Source: an uncultured Bacilli bacterium
GTDB lineage: Bacteria; Bacillota_I; Bacilli_A; RF39; UBA660
Direction of reading: 5' to 3'
Assembly: GCA_947626595.1 (NCBI GenBank)
Contig: CANQST010000001.1
Span: forward strand, 1,076-65,075
DNA length: 64,000 nt
Of this stretch, positions 10,036 through 19,683 are shown in pieces (position 1 is the stretch's first letter; the number at the start of each line of letters is the position of its first letter). The notes under the pieces are model-generated. The model made no database searches. It was given only the letters and a program-made list of their open reading frames with translations, and was not told where the DNA came from. A program made the position numbers and the translations under genes.

Positions 10036-11190
10036 ATGGAAAGCGAAGTAATACTTGACGATAAAAATATTATAGTTATGAAATTATTACATTATTTTAT
10101 TACGGAAAAGAACTATAATCCCATCATTTTACAGGGTGTACAAAATGAAATTTGGTTAGAAAACTTAGACGAAGATGTTAAGGTTATTAGAATAGTTTCA
10201 GGTTATATTCATAATGATGAGCAATTTAGGTTTGATGTTTTTAAGACAAAGAGGATTTTAAAGAAGATAAAGAAGAAAACTTTTTCTTTTAATATTAATG
10301 TCTTTAGTTTCTTTTTAAATATGGGAGATAATGTTACTAATGAATTGAGTGATGGTTCTAAATTTTTAGCAGTAAATGCTCAAAATGAAGCTGCTATTAA
10401 GAAGGATCCTTTAGTTACTAAGACTTTTCCTGATTTAAAGAAAAATCTTACTTTTCATGAAAAGGGTGTTGAACTATTTATGAAAATAACTAAGGATATT
10501 AATGAACATAATATAAAAGACGCTAATAAGATGGAAAAAATATTTAGTAATAAGTATCCATTTGTTACTTATTTGCTTATTGCGATTAATGTTATATGTT
10601 TTATTGTGCCAATACTTTTTGGACAGTATGATAAGTTAATAGCGATGTTTTGTATTCATGGGCCTAGTATAAGGGCAGGGCAAATTTATCGTTTGTTGAC
10701 GGGAATTTTTCTTCATGGTGGTATTATGCATTTAGCTTTTAACTGTTATGCTTTATATGTTATAGGTAGTCAACTAGAAAGTTTAATGGGAAAATTTAAG
10801 TATATAATTATTTATTTGTTTTCTGGTATAACAGGGGCTTTATTTTCAATGACCTTTGGTGGCAGTTATGCATCAATTGGGGCCAGTGGAGCAATATTTG
10901 GATTAATGGGCTCATTACTTTATTTTGGTTATCATTATCGAGTATTTTTAGGCAATGTTGTTAAATCACAAATTCTTCCTTTAATAGTTATTAACTTAGT
11001 TTTAGGATTTATGATGAGTGGTGTTGATAATTTTGCTCATATTGGTGGTTTAATTGGAGGAGCTTTAGTTACTGTAGCTTTAGGTGTTAAAGAAAAAAGT
11101 AGTCTTTTTGAAATGATTAATGGTTGGATAGTAACAATTATTTTCTTGATATTTACTTATTATATGGCTTTTGTCTTAGCGGGAAGATAA
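10036..11190 (+). CDS. rhomboid-family intramembrane serine protease with N-terminal cytoplasmic extension
   Basis: GASGAIFGLMG (catalytic Ser), HLAFN, AHIGGLIGG (His). Confidence 0.8.
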   Translation: MESEVILDDKNIIVMKLLHYFITEKNYNPIILQGVQNEIWLENLDEDVKVIRIVSGYIHNDEQFRFDVFKTKRILKKIKKKTFSFNINVFSFFLNMGDNVTNELSDGSKFLAVNAQNEAAIKKDPLVTKTFPDLKKNLTFHEKGVELFMKITKDINEHNIKDANKMEKIFSNKYPFVTYLLIAINVICFIVPILFGQYDKLIAMFCIHGPSIRAGQIYRLLTGIFLHGGIMHLAFNCYALYVIGSQLESLMGKFKYIIIYLFSGITGALFSMTFGGSYASIGASGAIFGLMGSLLYFGYHYRVFLGNVVKSQILPLIVINLVLGFMMSGVDNFAHIGGLIGGALVTVALGVKEKSSLFEMINGWIVTIIFLIFTYYMAFVLAGR

Positions 11191-11254
11191 AAAGTTGTAT
11201 TTAGTTTTATAAAATGATAAAATAGAAGTATAAATATTATAGTGAGGTGATTTT

Positions 11255-11509
11255 ATGCAACCCGATAAAACAAGTCTATTTAGTGTTGTTGATTTAGATA
11301 CTAAAATAGTAAAAGAAGCATTAAGTGAAGTGTATAATGCATTAGAAGAAAGAGGTTATAATCCAACAAATCAAATAGTTGGTTACTTGATTAGTGGAGA
11401 CCCTGGTTATATTTCTAGTTATAAGGATGCTAGAGGGAAAATTCAAGAAGTGGACCGTGCTAAGATAGTAGAAATTCTTCTTACAGAATTTCAAAAGAAT
11501 AACAAATGA
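11255..11509 (+). CDS. IreB-family regulatory phosphoprotein (UPF0297)
   Basis: 84 aa. Conserved position immediately upstream of ruvX, as in Firmicutes. Confidence 0.65.
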   Translation: MQPDKTSLFSVVDLDTKIVKEALSEVYNALEERGYNPTNQIVGYLISGDPGYISSYKDARGKIQEVDRAKIVEILLTEFQKNNK

Positions 11510-11925
11510 GATATTTAGGACTTGATTTAGGAAGTAGGACTTTGGGTATTTCTATTAGCGACGATGGTGGAATTATTGCTCAAAGTTTAAAGATAATTAG
11601 ACATAATGAAGAGTATCAAAGATTGGTACAGGAAGTAAAAGAAATAGTTAATGACTGTAAAATAGAAAAAATTGTCTTAGGTTTTCCTAAGAATATGAAT
11701 AATACTGTGGGGCCTAAGGGAGAACTTAGTTTAGAGTTTAAGGAAATGCTAGAAAAAGAAATTAATGTTCCAGTCTTTTTACAGGACGAAAGATTAACGA
11801 CAGTAAGCGCTAATAATGTTTTGATTAGTGGTGGAGTATCACGAAAAAAGCGTAAAGGTGTTGTTGATAGTTTGGCCGCAACTATAATATTACAAACTTT
11901 TTTAGATAAGGAGAATAGAAAATGA
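11506..11925 (+). CDS. ruvX: Holliday junction resolvase-like RuvX/YqgF
   Basis: MRYLGLDLGSRTLGISISD N-terminus and RNase H-like fold signature. Confidence 0.85.
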   Translation: MRYLGLDLGSRTLGISISDDGGIIAQSLKIIRHNEEYQRLVQEVKEIVNDCKIEKIVLGFPKNMNNTVGPKGELSLEFKEMLEKEINVPVFLQDERLTTVSANNVLISGGVSRKKRKGVVDSLAATIILQTFLDKENRK

Positions 11926-12209
11926 AGAAGAATACTTTTTCCATGTTAAATGAAAATGGTGAAGAAATAGTTTATGATGTTTTATTTACTTTTGAAAGTG
12001 ATGAGACTAATAAGAATTATATTGTTTATACTGATAATTCTAAGGACCAAGAGGGTAATATCCAAGTTTATGCTTCAATTTATAATCCAGAGGATCCTAA
12101 GAGTAAATTAGAGGCAATTGAAACAGAAAAAGAATGGAAAGTAATTGAAACAATACTTAACACTTTACAAGAAGAAATTAGAAAGAAAACTGATAATGAT
12201 GAGCAATAG
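11922..12209 (+). CDS. DUF1292-family small protein
   Basis: 95-aa acidic protein at the conserved ruvX-mltG position. Confidence 0.55.
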   Translation: MKKNTFSMLNENGEEIVYDVLFTFESDETNKNYIVYTDNSKDQEGNIQVYASIYNPEDPKSKLEAIETEKEWKVIETILNTLQEEIRKKTDNDEQ

Positions 12210-12232
12210 CTCTTTATTTTTCTGGAGGTATT

Positions 12233-13312
12233 ATGGCAGTAAAAAGGGTAAAAAAGAAATTTTTAATACTTGGTATTATACTTTGTTTAATACTTGTTTT
12301 TGTACTTGGAGGAATTATTTTTCTTAAGAGTTCTTTAAGTGCTGTTGATAAGGAAGATAAGAAAGTGATTACGGTAGTTATACCAAATGGTAGTACAAGT
12401 ACAGATATAGGACATATTTTAAAGAATAAAGGTTTAATTAAGAATGAACTTGTTTTTAAGCTTTATTTGAAAGTAAAAAAAGCTAACTCTTTAAAAGCTA
12501 CTACTTATGAAATGAATAAGACAATGGATGTGGAAAAAATTGTTAAGATGCTTGAAGAGGGTAATTCTTATAATCCGGAACAAATAAAGATTACTTTTAA
12601 AGAGGGAAATAGAATAACAGATTATGCTAAAGAAATAGCTAATAAGACAAATCATTCTTATGAAGAAGTTATTGATGTTGTTAATAATAAAGATAATATT
12701 AAAAATTTTATAAATGAATATTGGTTTTTAACAGAAGAAGTGTTAAATGAAAATATTTATTATCCTTTAGAGGGGTATTTGGCTCCGGAAACTTATTATT
12801 TTGATAATAAGGATGTAGATGTTTTAAAGATAATAGATACTATGTTGAAAGAAATGGAAAATAATTTAGAGAAGTATCGTAGTAAAATAGAGGGAAATAT
12901 TGGTTATTATATAAAGATGGCTTCTATTGTTGAGTTAGAGGGTACAAATACTACTAATAGAAAAATGATAGTTGGTATTTTTCAAAATCGCCTTAACAAT
13001 AATATGAATTTAGGTAGTGATGTAACGACGTATTATGCTTTACAGAAAGATATGAAGAGTGATTTAACGACAGAAGAGTTTAATACAAGCAATCTTTATA
13101 ATACTAGAGGACCTGGTATGATAGGTAAGATGCCAATTGGAGCGATAGGAAGTTTTTCTTTATCAAGCTTAGAGGCTAGTGTAAATCCAACAAAAAATGA
13201 TTATTTATTTTTTGTTGCAGATAAAAAAGGAGAGGTTTATTATACCAAGACTAATCAAGAACATGAGGCGGTAATTGCGGAAATTAAAGAGAAAGGTGAT
13301 TGGATATGGTAG
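12233..13312 (+). CDS. mltG: endolytic murein transglycosylase MltG (YceG-like)
   Basis: N-terminal TM, YceG domain, conserved synteny. Confidence 0.85.
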   Translation: MAVKRVKKKFLILGIILCLILVFVLGGIIFLKSSLSAVDKEDKKVITVVIPNGSTSTDIGHILKNKGLIKNELVFKLYLKVKKANSLKATTYEMNKTMDVEKIVKMLEEGNSYNPEQIKITFKEGNRITDYAKEIANKTNHSYEEVIDVVNNKDNIKNFINEYWFLTEEVLNENIYYPLEGYLAPETYYFDNKDVDVLKIIDTMLKEMENNLEKYRSKIEGNIGYYIKMASIVELEGTNTTNRKMIVGIFQNRLNNNMNLGSDVTTYYALQKDMKSDLTTEEFNTSNLYNTRGPGMIGKMPIGAIGSFSLSSLEASVNPTKNDYLFFVADKKGEVYYTKTNQEHEAVIAEIKEKGDWIW

Positions 13313-13899
13313 ATAGTTTTAGTGTTATTAAAAGCATGAAGGAATATGCCGATAGAGAAAATGTTCCTATTATGAGGGAAGATGGTATTAATTATTTAGC
13401 TAAATATATTGAAAAAAATAAAGTAAAAAAAGTTTTAGAAATAGGAACGGCTATTGGTTATTCAGCTATTTTAATGGCTTTAGTTAATGATAGTGTGGAA
13501 ATTACTTCTATAGAAAGAGACGAAAAAAGATATTTAGAGGCTGTTAAAAATGTTAAAAAAATGGGGTTAGAAAAAAGAATTAATTTAATTTATAAAGATG
13601 CTATGGATGTTGTTTTAAAAGAAAAATTTGATTTAATTTTTATTGATGCTGCTAAAGCACAAAATATAAGATTTTTTGAGAAATTTGAAAAAAATCTAGA
13701 GCATGATGGTACAATTATTACTGATAATTTGAGTTTTCATGGTTTGGTTGATAAGAAAGAAGAAGAGATTGCTAGTAAGAATTTGCGTGCTTTGATTAGG
13801 AAAATTAAAAATTATATAACTTTTCTAAAGACAAATAAGAATTTTCAAACAGATTTTATTGATGTGGGAGATGGCTTAGCAGTTAGTAAAAGAAAATAA
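13300..13899 (+). CDS. SAM-dependent O-methyltransferase (YrrM-like, class I)
   Basis: VLEIGTAIGYSA SAM-binding motif. Same synteny as B. subtilis yrrL-yrrM. Confidence 0.8.
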   Translation: MDMVDSFSVIKSMKEYADRENVPIMREDGINYLAKYIEKNKVKKVLEIGTAIGYSAILMALVNDSVEITSIERDEKRYLEAVKNVKKMGLEKRINLIYKDAMDVVLKEKFDLIFIDAAKAQNIRFFEKFEKNLEHDGTIITDNLSFHGLVDKKEEEIASKNLRALIRKIKNYITFLKTNKNFQTDFIDVGDGLAVSKRK

Positions 13900-13911
13900 G
13901 GAAGAGATAAT

Positions 13912-14847
13912 ATGAGATATGCCCAAATACTAGAATGTAGTTCAACTTTAGGCAATTGTTGCAATGACTATGGATTAATTACTATTATTGATATAACTAG
14001 AAAAGTATTTGAATTAATTCAATTAATTGTACCGATACTACTTATGTTAATGATTACGGTACAGTTAGTTAAGATGGTTACTAATCCAGAAGATAAGAAA
14101 GATCCTAAAAAATTGGTTAATAAGATAATTGCGACTTTTGTATGTTTCTTTTTGCCAGTTATTGCGGATGTTGTAGTGGGACTTTTACCTAATAGTTTTA
14201 GTCTTTCTTCTTGTTGGAAAAATGCTAAGATTTCTAGAGAAATTTCAGCTAATAGTCCACTTGTTTATATTAAGGTAACAGATAGGGATCCTTATGCGAT
14301 AGTTACTGATGGTAGTGGGTATGATCCAGGTAATGAAAGACAACCAGGTTCGAGTGGCTCTTCTTCACCAACTGGTTCTGGTGCTCAGCGGTTGATTAGT
14401 GTGGCAGCTGGAGAAATTGGCAACCATGAGAGTAATGGTAGTCACAGTAAGTATGAAAGTTATAATGGTTTGGACTCTTCGCAACCATGGTGTGCGGCTT
14501 TTGTTTCTTGGTGTGCTGGGCAAGCGGGTTTTTTACAGTCAGGTATAATGCCAAAATTTACTCTTTGTTCAGCAGGGGCTGCTTGGTTTCAAAATAAAGG
14601 ACAATTTCATACAGAGGGAAGTGGCTATACTCCACAACCAGGAGATATTGTCTTTTATGGTGCAGGTGGTTCACAACACACAGGAATTGTGGAAAAAGTT
14701 GACGAAAACAATATTTATACAATAGAAGGAAATACTAGTTGCGAGGGAGAAGCACAAAGCAAATGTGGTGGAAGTGATGGTGTCTCTAGAAAAACACGTA
14801 ATAGGCATACTGGTTATGTTTATGGTTATGGAACTCCGGCTTATTAG
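13912..14847 (+). CDS. membrane-associated CHAP-domain peptidoglycan hydrolase/amidase
   Basis: N-terminal Cys-rich segment plus TM helices. C-terminal CHAP domain (QPWCAAFVSWCAG …HTGIV). The 3' half is visibly more GC-rich than its surroundings. Confidence 0.65.
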   Translation: MRYAQILECSSTLGNCCNDYGLITIIDITRKVFELIQLIVPILLMLMITVQLVKMVTNPEDKKDPKKLVNKIIATFVCFFLPVIADVVVGLLPNSFSLSSCWKNAKISREISANSPLVYIKVTDRDPYAIVTDGSGYDPGNERQPGSSGSSSPTGSGAQRLISVAAGEIGNHESNGSHSKYESYNGLDSSQPWCAAFVSWCAGQAGFLQSGIMPKFTLCSAGAAWFQNKGQFHTEGSGYTPQPGDIVFYGAGGSQHTGIVEKVDENNIYTIEGNTSCEGEAQSKCGGSDGVSRKTRNRHTGYVYGYGTPAY

Positions 14848-14860
14848 AAAGTGAGGTTAT

Positions 14861-15574
14861 ATGAAAAAGATATTTAAAAACAAAAATTTAACAGTACCTT
14901 TAATAGTTATTATAACTTTTCTTTTGGTTGTTTTTAATGTCTATTTTTATATAAACAGGAGTACTATTAATACTGATTATTATAGTATAAAAGAGACTAA
15001 TAATTTGATAGTTTACACAAGATATACTAAAACATATAAAGAAATTACAACGACAGTGCCTTATATTAATTTAAAAAAAGATATTATTGGGAATTTAAAT
15101 GAAGATATAAGGGAGATGGCTAATAATTATTTAAAAAATAATGAAAATGTTATTACTTATGATTATAAAATTAGTGGTGATATTTTATCGGTTGTTATGC
15201 AGATAAACTGTTATGACGAAGCTTTACCACAAGTTATCTTTAGAACTTATAATATTAATTTAAAGGAAGAAAGAATGCTTAGTGATAGTGATATTTTAGA
15301 TTTATATGGAATAGAGGAGAGCTTTGTTTCTGATAAGATAAAAGAAAGATTTGAAGATTTCTTTAAGGATGAGCGTGATAAAAAGATATTTGACGAAGAG
15401 TGTGATTATAAGTGTTTTCTTTATATGAGAGGAATAGATAATTATACTGATAATATTTATTATTATATTGAAGATGCTAAGTTATATGTTTATAAAGAAT
15501 TTAATATTTATTCTATTTATAATGAAGAAAAGTATTATCAAAATACTGATTTTAAAATAAAAATAACAGAATAG
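14861..15574 (+). CDS. hypothetical N-terminally anchored protein
   Basis: 237 aa, single N-terminal TM, no recognisable motif. Confidence 0.45.
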   Translation: MKKIFKNKNLTVPLIVIITFLLVVFNVYFYINRSTINTDYYSIKETNNLIVYTRYTKTYKEITTTVPYINLKKDIIGNLNEDIREMANNYLKNNENVITYDYKISGDILSVVMQINCYDEALPQVIFRTYNINLKEERMLSDSDILDLYGIEESFVSDKIKERFEDFFKDERDKKIFDEECDYKCFLYMRGIDNYTDNIYYYIEDAKLYVYKEFNIYSIYNEEKYYQNTDFKIKITE

Positions 15575-15636
15575 TTTAATTATTGTCATAGATAACTTCT
15601 TTTATTCATAGAATTAATTGAAATGGAGGAAGTCGT

Positions 15637-16146
15637 ATGATTAATAAACAAAACTTATGGTTTTTAACGTTATTTGCATTAATATTAGTTTTAAGTGTTT
15701 ATTATATTACTATGCCTAATGATTTATTAGTAGAGGCTTTAAAGAAAGAACCTACAGTTAAGGAAGAGAAGACAGAAGATAAAGAGGTAGTAGAGGAAGT
15801 ATCTAGTCTTGTTGCGATGAGGGTAAGTTTGGAAGAGGAAAGACAAACAGTTATGGACGAATTACAGGCGACTTTAACTAATGATAAGACAACTAGTGAA
15901 GAAAAGAATAATGCTTATGAACAATTAAAATATTTAAATGAAGTACAAGGTAAGGAAGAAGAGATAGAAAAGAAAATAAAGAAGAATTATGATATAGATT
16001 GCTTTGTTAAGATAGATAATAGTAATGCTAACTGTGTTTGTGTATCTGATAAACATGATAATACTCTTGCGAATAATATCATGCGTCTTATACAGGAAAA
16101 TTATAAAAATAAAATGTATACGACTGTTAAATTTCAAAAATCTTAG
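15637..16146 (+). CDS. spoIIIAH: stage III sporulation protein AH-like (SpoIIIAH)
   Basis: N-terminus MINKQNLWFLTLFALILVLSVYYITMP closely matches B. subtilis SpoIIIAH (…WLLTMLSLVVVLSVYYIMSP). Acidic linker and C-terminal YscJ-like region. Confidence 0.65.
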   Translation: MINKQNLWFLTLFALILVLSVYYITMPNDLLVEALKKEPTVKEEKTEDKEVVEEVSSLVAMRVSLEEERQTVMDELQATLTNDKTTSEEKNNAYEQLKYLNEVQGKEEEIEKKIKKNYDIDCFVKIDNSNANCVCVSDKHDNTLANNIMRLIQENYKNKMYTTVKFQKS

Positions 16147-16205
16147 TAGGTAAAAACAGACAACTAATTTTTGTTTTATCATAAAATACTTTAGGTGATA
16201 AGTTA

Positions 16206-16412
16206 ATGGCAAGTAATATATTAACGCCCCGTGAAAGAAGTATCTTTGAGCTTTTAATAGAAAATAAAAATACTAAAGAAATAGCTTTAGAGTTAGGTAT
16301 AAGTGAAAAAACAGTTCGTAATCATATATCAAATGTGATGCAAAAGCTTGGAGTAAGTGGTAGAGCTGGGGCAGTTGTCGAATTATTAAAACTTAAAGAA
16401 TTATCAATTTAA
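16206..16412 (+). CDS. gerE: LuxR-type sporulation transcription factor GerE
   Basis: 68 aa. LTPRERSIFELL…KEIALELGISEKTVRNHISNVMQKLGVSGRAGAVVELL is near-identical in pattern to B. subtilis GerE. Confidence 0.8.
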   Translation: MASNILTPRERSIFELLIENKNTKEIALELGISEKTVRNHISNVMQKLGVSGRAGAVVELLKLKELSI

Positions 16413-16440
16413 GCGTACTATAAGAGTACGTTTTTTCATA
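16413..16440 (+). terminator. rho-independent terminator
   Basis: agcgtactataagagtacgttttttc, with a perfect 6-bp stem (cgtact/agtacg) and a T-run. Confidence 0.6.
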
Positions 16441-16456
16441 TACTTTTTTAGGTGAT

Positions 16457-17404
16457 ATGATGCTTAGAACTAGAGCTATAAGGAAAATATTTATAACTAC
16501 TCTTTCTATGTTTATTATTTTAGCGGTTTTTTCATTGCCTACTTTTAAGAAGGAAGAAGTTTTAAAGGTAAATTTAGAAGTAGAAGAGAATAATACTTTA
16601 AAGACAAGTAGTATTTATCTTTTGAATGACGATAATTATTTGGTTAAGTCTAAGGCATTTATTGATGGAGGAAAACTAGAAGATAAAATTAGACAAATAC
16701 TTAGTAATTTAATTGTAAAGAAAAGTAGTACATTACCAACTGGATTAAGGGCTACTATTCCTAAGAATACAGCGATAAAGGAAATTATTATTAATAAAGG
16801 AATAGTGAGCATAAATTTTTCTAAGGAGATACTAAATGTTTCAGAAAAGACTGAGAAGCAAATGGTTACATCAATTGTTTATAGCCTTTTGGAGTTAAAA
16901 GAGTTAGAGGGCGTTATTGTTTTAGTTGAAGGTAATTCTTTATTAGAGTATCCTAATTCAAAGGAAAGGCTGCCAGCTGTTTTAGATAAAAAACTTGGTA
17001 TAAATAATAATTATTTACTTACTTCGAGAAAAGATATCTCTAAGGTAGTAGTTTATTATTTGGAAGATATTAATAATACTTTATACTATGTACCTGTTAC
17101 TAAATATGTAAATGATAGTAAAGAGAGAATAGAGATAATTATTGACGAATTAACAACTAGTTATATTTATGATGCTAATCTAATGAGCTTTTTAGATAGT
17201 AAGGTGGAGTTACTTAATTATTATGAAGAAAATGATGTTTTGTTTTTAAATTTTAATGATTATTTATATAATAGTAGTGATAAAGTTTTAGAAGAAGTTA
17301 TTTATAGTATAGCTTATTCTGTTTTTGATAATTATAATGTTAATATGGTAATGTTTGAAGTAAATGAAAAGCAAGTTAAGTATATATCAAGAGAAGATTT
17401 ATAA
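16457..17404 (+). CDS. gerM: GerM-domain sporulation/germination protein
   Basis: VVYYLEDINNTLYYVPVTKYVNDSKE matches the GerM motif VYYLAENEDSEYYVPVTKRIDNSEKD. N-terminal membrane anchor. Confidence 0.7.
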   Translation: MMLRTRAIRKIFITTLSMFIILAVFSLPTFKKEEVLKVNLEVEENNTLKTSSIYLLNDDNYLVKSKAFIDGGKLEDKIRQILSNLIVKKSSTLPTGLRATIPKNTAIKEIIINKGIVSINFSKEILNVSEKTEKQMVTSIVYSLLELKELEGVIVLVEGNSLLEYPNSKERLPAVLDKKLGINNNYLLTSRKDISKVVVYYLEDINNTLYYVPVTKYVNDSKERIEIIIDELTTSYIYDANLMSFLDSKVELLNYYEENDVLFLNFNDYLYNSSDKVLEEVIYSIAYSVFDNYNVNMVMFEVNEKQVKYISREDL

Positions 17405-17411
17405 AAGGAAA

Positions 17412-17438
17412 AAATCACTTTAAAACAAGTGATTTTTA
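17412..17438. terminator. bidirectional hairpin terminator (9-bp stem aaatcactt/aagtgattt)
   Basis: aaatcactttaaaacaagtgattttt lies between gerM (+) and the 3' end of tRNA-Arg (-). Confidence 0.5.
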
Positions 17439-17445
17439 ATACATA

Positions 17446-17522
17446 TGGTGTCCGCGAGGCGACTCGAACGCCTGACCGATCGCTTAGAAGGCGATTGCTC
17501 TATCCAGCTGAGCTACGCAGAC
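17446..17522 (-). tRNA. tRNA-Arg (anticodon TCT)
   Basis: The reverse complement gives GTCTGCGTAGCTCAGCTGGATAGAGCAATCGCCTTCTAAGCGATCGGTCAGGCGTTCGAGTCGCCTCGCGGACACCA. It has a 7-bp acceptor stem, a D-arm, the anticodon loop CTTCTAA (UCU), GTTCGAGTC T-arm, and an encoded CCA. Confidence 0.85.
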
Positions 17523-17633
17523 GGATATATTTCTTCGTTGCAGTAATACTATACCACATTTTTTTAATTTAGGGAATAGCTTTTTACATTTTATTTAAAA
17601 AAAATAAGCTCTAAATAGTTAGAACTTATCTAA

Positions 17634-18596
17634 TTATAGCGAAAATATATAAATATAGGCAATGGAGTTAGTAAAACAATAGAAATGATTATTATCTTTA
17701 TAATAAATAATATTTAAGTGGTTTTGTAAGGCAACATCTAGTAAATCTTTAAAGTTTTCTAGGAAGAAAGTTTGATAATTATTAAGATTAGGAATATTTT
17801 TAACATAGACGATTAATTCTTTATAATCTTTAAGAAAATTATTAAGTCTTTTTAAAGTATTTTTCTTTTGTTTATTATATATCTTAATTAGAGTAGTAGT
17901 ACTTATAATAAGGAGAATACTACCAAGAGAAAGAAGAATAAAGGAAATATTTTTAGATGTAGAAATAGTTCTTTTATAAGTTTTTTTAGTAGATTTAGTT
18001 TTTGTAACTTCTACTATTTTGTCTTTTAGGGGAATTATAAATTCTATTTCATCTTTTATTTTTTTATTAAGAGAATTAATTTTGTATGTTATAGAAAGTT
18101 CTAATTTTACATAGGCATTAGTAGATATATTATATGTATCTTCATAACTTTTTACTAGATTTTTATAGTAGTCATAGTCAATGCAGATATTTTTATTTAT
18201 TAAGTATTTCTTCTTAGTTATAGTTTTATTATTTTTATTAACAAAATTTTTCTTTTTCCAGATTTCTTTTTCTGTACCATTTTGATTAGTAAAGGTAGTA
18301 ATAAGTTCTTCTTTATAAATAGTAGTGTAAGAAATTTTTTCTTTGATATCATTATTTAATTGATAGAGAAAATTAATATTAAATGATTTGATGGCATTAC
18401 TTGGGAAAATACCTTTAGTAGTATTTTGATAAAAAGGGTTAGGTTTCAAATTAATAGTATAATTACTAATTTTATTTATTTCTATTTTATGGACTTTGAT
18501 ATTTTTATTAGATATAAAGATACTTAATGAAATAAGAAATATAGATATTAAAAGTAGAAAAATAGAAATATATTTTCGCATATTTTTCTTAAACAT
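17634..18596 (-). CDS. bitopic membrane protein (N-terminal TM, Asn/Lys-rich extracellular domain, second TM), last gene of the sipW operon
   Basis: 320 aa. Starts 5 bp after the sipW-like gene. Confidence 0.45.
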   Translation of the reverse strand: MFKKNMRKYISIFLLLISIFLISLSIFISNKNIKVHKIEINKISNYTINLKPNPFYQNTTKGIFPSNAIKSFNINFLYQLNNDIKEKISYTTIYKEELITTFTNQNGTEKEIWKKKNFVNKNNKTITKKKYLINKNICIDYDYYKNLVKSYEDTYNISTNAYVKLELSITYKINSLNKKIKDEIEFIIPLKDKIVEVTKTKSTKKTYKRTISTSKNISFILLSLGSILLIISTTTLIKIYNKQKKNTLKRLNNFLKDYKELIVYVKNIPNLNNYQTFFLENFKDLLDVALQNHLNIIYYKDNNHFYCFTNSIAYIYIFSL

Positions 18597-18600
18597 ATAA

Positions 18601-19683
18601 TCACCTTTTTAAAATTTCATGGAACCAAATAGATGGGTAACCTAGATATTTAAAACGAATTAGATATGTACCTTTAATTTGATTAACTTTTACTTTTTTG
18701 TAATCAGCGGTTTTATTATTATCACCTTTTGTTTGATATAAATTATTATTAATTTTTTTAATAATACGATGCGCAATTAACTGTTTATCTAATTCATAAA
18801 CAATAATAGTGTTTTCTTTAAGAGTTTCTTTTTCTTCTTTAGATAGTTTTTTTAAGATAATAATATCTCCTCTTTGATATGTTGGATACATACTATTAGA
18901 AAGGACTGCGACGGGGAAATATTTTAAAAAACCTAACATAAAACTTGAAAAAATAGTCGCAAAACCTAGTACAAATGCATATGGTAAAAGTGTAGAAGAT
19001 TTTTTCTTATCTATAAAGTAACTTTCTTCTTTTAATAAATAATATTTAATAGTAATGTATATTAATAATGATTTTATAATACTAATAGAGCCAGATATAA
19101 ACCAATTTATTTTAGGAAGAATAGGGAAAAGTAAGGGTGCAAATCTTTCTAAAATTAAGAAAATAATAGAAGTATAGTAACTGGTTTTATAACTTAGAAA
19201 TGTAGCGGTAATATGGGTTATAATAAGGGGAATAATTGTCTCTATAAAGTATTTAAATATAACTTCTTTATTACTTAGAGTAGGAAATGAACAATAGGGA
19301 AATGTAATAATAATTAGAAAAATGGTAATAAAAACGGGATTATTTCTTTTAAAAAGTAAAATACTTCGTAAATATTCTATGGAAAGAATAGGTATTCCTA
19401 CTAGAAAGATACTTTTTATAATATTAAGAAAGTTATATTTATATGGTGATGGTTTAAAACCACTTAGAAAACCAATACTAAAATATATAAGATAAGTAAA
19501 AATTTCTAATACAAAAATGATAATAAAATATTTTTTATTTTTGGGATAAGTAATGAGATGTTCTTTTTGATAATGAAGGGAAAATGAGAGTATAGATAGT
19601 CCTAAAAATATTTGGATAATATGATAAATATAGAGTTTTTTAAAGAAAAGTAGGATTAAAAATATTATTTTATTCTTGGACAT
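18601..19683 (-). CDS. SipW-type (archaeal/ER-type) signal peptidase I fused to an N-terminal ~230-aa polytopic membrane domain
   Basis: C-terminal S26B module with catalytic Ser in VLSNSMYPTYQRGD and His in LIAHRII. N-terminal ~7 predicted TM helices. 14-bp overlap with the upstream TasA-like gene. Confidence 0.65.
   Translation of the reverse strand: MSKNKIIFLILLFFKKLYIYHIIQIFLGLSILSFSLHYQKEHLITYPKNKKYFIIIFVLEIFTYLIYFSIGFLSGFKPSPYKYNFLNIIKSIFLVGIPILSIEYLRSILLFKRNNPVFITIFLIIITFPYCSFPTLSNKEVIFKYFIETIIPLIITHITATFLSYKTSYYTSIIFLILERFAPLLFPILPKINWFISGSISIIKSLLIYITIKYYLLKEESYFIDKKKSSTLLPYAFVLGFATIFSSFMLGFLKYFPVAVLSNSMYPTYQRGDIIILKKLSKEEKETLKENTIIVYELDKQLIAHRIIKKINNNLYQTKGDNNKTADYKKVKVNQIKGTYLIRFKYLGYPSIWFHEILKR

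Noticed and set aside
12145-12327. 60-aa ORF overlapping the DUF1292 3' end and the mltG 5' end
   Set aside because: It is an out-of-frame overlap of two conserved genes, and its translation is low complexity.
15934-16212. 92-aa minus-strand ORF antisense to spoIIIAH/gerE
   Set aside because: It is antisense to two well-supported genes. Its I/F/Y-rich translation is typical of reverse-strand reading of AT-rich coding DNA.
17523-17633. tRNA-Arg as an integration site for the adjacent sipW-tasA-like operon (island hypothesis)
   Set aside because: No integrase gene and no direct-repeat copy of the tRNA 3' end is found within 20 kb on either side. The adjacency alone is not evidence.
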